Shown in pieces: positions 61,401 through 64,000 of a stretch of 64,000 nucleotides of DNA (position 1 is the stretch's first letter; the number at the start of each line of letters is the position of its first letter). The translations under genes were made by a program, and so were the position numbers. The DNA is from Amoebidium appalachense (Eukaryota > Protista > Ichthyosporea). Location: contig CAVNZM010000006.1 of assembly GCA_963693365.1 (NCBI GenBank), positions 6,985,264 through 7,049,263 of the forward strand, in the 5' to 3' direction. The notes under the pieces were generated by a model. It saw only the letters and a program-made list of their open reading frames with translations, had not been told where the DNA came from and ran no database searches.

Positions 61401-63488
61401 CAATACAGGGTAGGCCGCGGGGAACGCAGCCAAGACACTACTCGCAGGCTGAGCGTCGTAGACACCCGCGTATAGCATCGTAGCTGGCCCTAAGGACAAA
61501 GGTCCACAGGGCATGGTGGTGACTGTTCACCAACCGGGTCGGGAATGGGCAAGGGCCGCCTGCCCAGAGCTCGTTGAGGGCACCAAGACAACGGTTAGCC
61601 AAGGTAACCCCCTTCAGGCGGTGAGACAGACGTTGCCGACGGCGTTGACTCCGTAGACGGGCTTGTCCAGAACGGTCCGCCACAGGAATGGCCGGAACAG
61701 GAAACAAATCAGAGGCGGCAAAGACATGACGTGGCATAGCTGTGGAATCCTTAGAAAAATTAGGGGGCATTTGTAATCAAGGGCACGTGGCAGGAAACCA
61801 CAAGAAAATAATATACAGAACCGCGTGCCGAACCCCCAAAGGGCCGTTTAGGCCCTGTGCCCACCGGTCCCCGGAGGGGTCGATGGACCGGCTCCGGATG
61901 GGCCACTGCCGGGACCGCGCCGAGCCCGGGTGACTTCGGCGAGGGTCTTGGCTTGACGAACAGCCCGGGTGGCCAAGGCAGGGGGCAGGGGCAGGCTGCG
62001 CGCAGGGAGCTCCTCAAACTGCTCTGCAACAGCCCAGTCCCCGTTGGACTGATCAGCAGTCTGCACAGCCAGCAGACGGCGCACACCAACTTCCACAGCA
62101 GGTGACTCCTTGCGGGCCTTAGGGTCGGTGGCCAGCAGCAGATCCAGCATACGGGCAAGCGTCAGAGCCTCCCGTTTGTTGCGGTAGCTGACCCAATCCG
62201 CCGCGTGGACAGCCGCAGTGACCGAGGCCTGGTCAGCCAAGGTGCTCTTGAGGTAGGAAGGGGCCAGACGTTCTTTGACGCGCAGGTTGACTTTGGCGCC
62301 GCTGGAGAGCAGATAACGGCTGGGGTTGGTTTTGGAACGGCCAGAGGAACGACGGCTGCGAGAGGAACGACCGTAGCCACTGCTGCTGGAATCAGAATCC
62401 TCACTCGACGATGGGGTGTCTTCACTGCCGGTGTCGTACGCATAGACAGGCTCCTTGCCCTTTGCCCGCGCAGACAGCGTGCTCAGCAGGCCGCCGGCAG
62501 AGGGCTTCTTGGGGCGACCAGACTGGGCAACAGAGAGGGCTTGCACTTGGGCAGAAAGCGTCTGCAGCTGCTCTTGGACGCCCACACCGTCAGAACGCCG
62601 CTGGGGAGAGGGCGACCCAGGTGGGGGGGAGGCACGGCCGCTGCGAGGAGTGCGACAGTGCAAGTGCAGCTGGTCGGTGACTTTCCAACCGACCATCTCA
62701 GGGTCATCAAAAGCCACTGAGCGCGCCTTGAGGGCTGAAACCACACTGTTGACTGTTTCTGCCGGCAGGCTGTTCCAAGGGAGGGCGTTGGACTGCAAAA
62801 CGGCCAGACTTTTGAGACTTGCGTCGTCCGCATCGGTAGAGATCTCCAAAAGCTTTTCGAGGAGAGCGGCCCCCTTGGCGACCAGAGCAGGAGGAGGGGC
62901 CATTGCAATGCTTACAAACCAGACTAGAGCACGAAAACTTGAAAACGAAGACTGGAAAATGCAAAAACGCGGGAAAACCGACACCGCAAAAAACGTCCAA
63001 AAACCAGCTAAAACGCAACGGCGCGCACGCAAAACTCTTACCAGATGCTGCCGAAGCTAAGCGCGCGCTCCTGGGCAAAAAAAACTAGAGAAAAAACGAA
63101 CAACAGCGCGAAAAACGGGGACTAGAGTTGCAAAAACTAAGCTAAAAAATTGGGCCTAAAGAGACCTAAACGCGCTCAGTAGCGCCGCAACTGACCTCCC
63201 TGGGGCCGCGCAAGCTCATTATAGAGCGCAGCCCACATTTTTGCCTATGGAAATATGAAGAAATGACTTAGAACCTATCAAATCCATGAAATCTACCAAA
63301 ATGGAATTCTTGCTGCACATCAACCAATGAAAAAATTTCACAAGTGGCTAAAACCCCTAGATCATAAAGACCAAATCGATTGCCGCCCATTTCGGACTAG
63401 ATATAACTCAAACTCATCAATATATCCATATGGCATATCCCACAGAACATAAAAACAGCTACAGCTCCCTAAATAAAAATGCTAGCAG
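58429..63488 (-). mobile_element. Near-full-length Ngaro-like copy: B2-spacer-A2-B1 at 58429-59211, YR and RT/RH damaged, ORF1 intact, A1 truncated at about 63488
   Basis: Reverse complement of the 43561-49179 element. About 400 bp deleted from RT at about 61371. Confidence 0.93.
61848..62903 (-). CDS. Ngaro-like ORF1 (gag-like), intact, 351 aa
   Basis: ATG at 62903 (MAPPPALVAK...) with an open frame to TAA. Short coiled coil and Ser/Arg-rich linker. First ORF of the element. Confidence 0.8.
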   Translation of the reverse strand: MAPPPALVAKGAALLEKLLEISTDADDASLKSLAVLQSNALPWNSLPAETVNSVVSALKARSVAFDDPEMVGWKVTDQLHLHCRTPRSGRASPPPGSPSPQRRSDGVGVQEQLQTLSAQVQALSVAQSGRPKKPSAGGLLSTLSARAKGKEPVYAYDTGSEDTPSSSEDSDSSSSGYGRSSRSRRSSGRSKTNPSRYLLSSGAKVNLRVKERLAPSYLKSTLADQASVTAAVHAADWVSYRNKREALTLARMLDLLLATDPKARKESPAVEVGVRRLLAVQTADQSNGDWAVAEQFEELPARSLPLPPALATRAVRQAKTLAEVTRARRGPGSGPSGAGPSTPPGTGGHRA

Positions 63489-63631
63489 TGTCGTGGCAAC
63501 AAACAGAGTGTATATGAACTACTCTAACTATCTGCACGCTTAAAGGGGCTCGAAACTGTGTATACGTATAAACTTTTCTTTGAGTTGGGTGGGAAGCGAG
63601 CTTTTCGTGTTCTCAGAAGAACTTCCAAAAG

Positions 63632-63971
63632 CCCGCGACCCCGCGAGACACTTCACAGACACGCGGCCCACTGGCCAGACAAATACCACAGTGACATTCA
63701 GCCAATCACAACACTCCCTCCCCCACAGACTACACGCACTCCACACCATTGGCTACCGCCACCTCAGACACCCCTACAGCACTACAACACGTACACACGT
63801 TTACTCACAATACATATAAGCATACACACACGCGAGCAGGCAACATGGGTCTCGCCAAGCACACAGCAAGAAGCAATACAACATTTAACATGGAGAGTAC
63901 GCAGAGGCATGGTGCATGCACGCGCGCACCTTTAACAATCAGCCGCCGCCGCATCAGGTTCTCCCCATACC
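63632..63971 (+). repeat. ~345-bp dispersed repeat, copy 2
   Basis: Homologous to 21835-22179. Confidence 0.9.
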
Positions 63972-64000
63972 ACTGATTAGTCTCCTCATACCCCACTTAG

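Overview
A 64-kb, repeat-dense eukaryotic region with GT-AG introns, long poly-C/poly-G runs and (CA)n/(GA)n microsatellites, made almost entirely of mobile DNA. I could not identify any conserved host gene, tRNA, rRNA or CRISPR array. From left to right: a decayed LINE 3' end; an apparently intact APE-type LINE (ORF1 4209-5393, ORF2 5386-8580) preceded by an 18-bp tandem array; a 370-bp MITE; a complete, young Ty3/Gypsy chromovirus (12350-20677, 714-bp LTRs, ACTTG target-site duplication); and an intron-containing Plavaka-type transposase gene. From about 27.6 to 63.5 kb there is a nested cluster of one tyrosine-recombinase retrotransposon family with split direct repeats (Ngaro-like, A1-ORF1-RT/RH-YR-B1-A2-spacer-B2). 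It includes one full-length copy inserted without a TSD into a sibling copy, and several ORF-less 'A-spacer-B' units of about 690 bp. Between these lie compact intronless orphan ORF blocks (possibly virus-derived), a spliced pseudogene with a SAP-like domain, and three copies of a ~197-bp, apparently structured element ending in a long T tract. The mix of Plavaka, Ngaro and chromovirus elements suggests a fungus or unicellular holozoan, which is inference only. Some frameshifts fall in homopolymers and could be sequencing errors.
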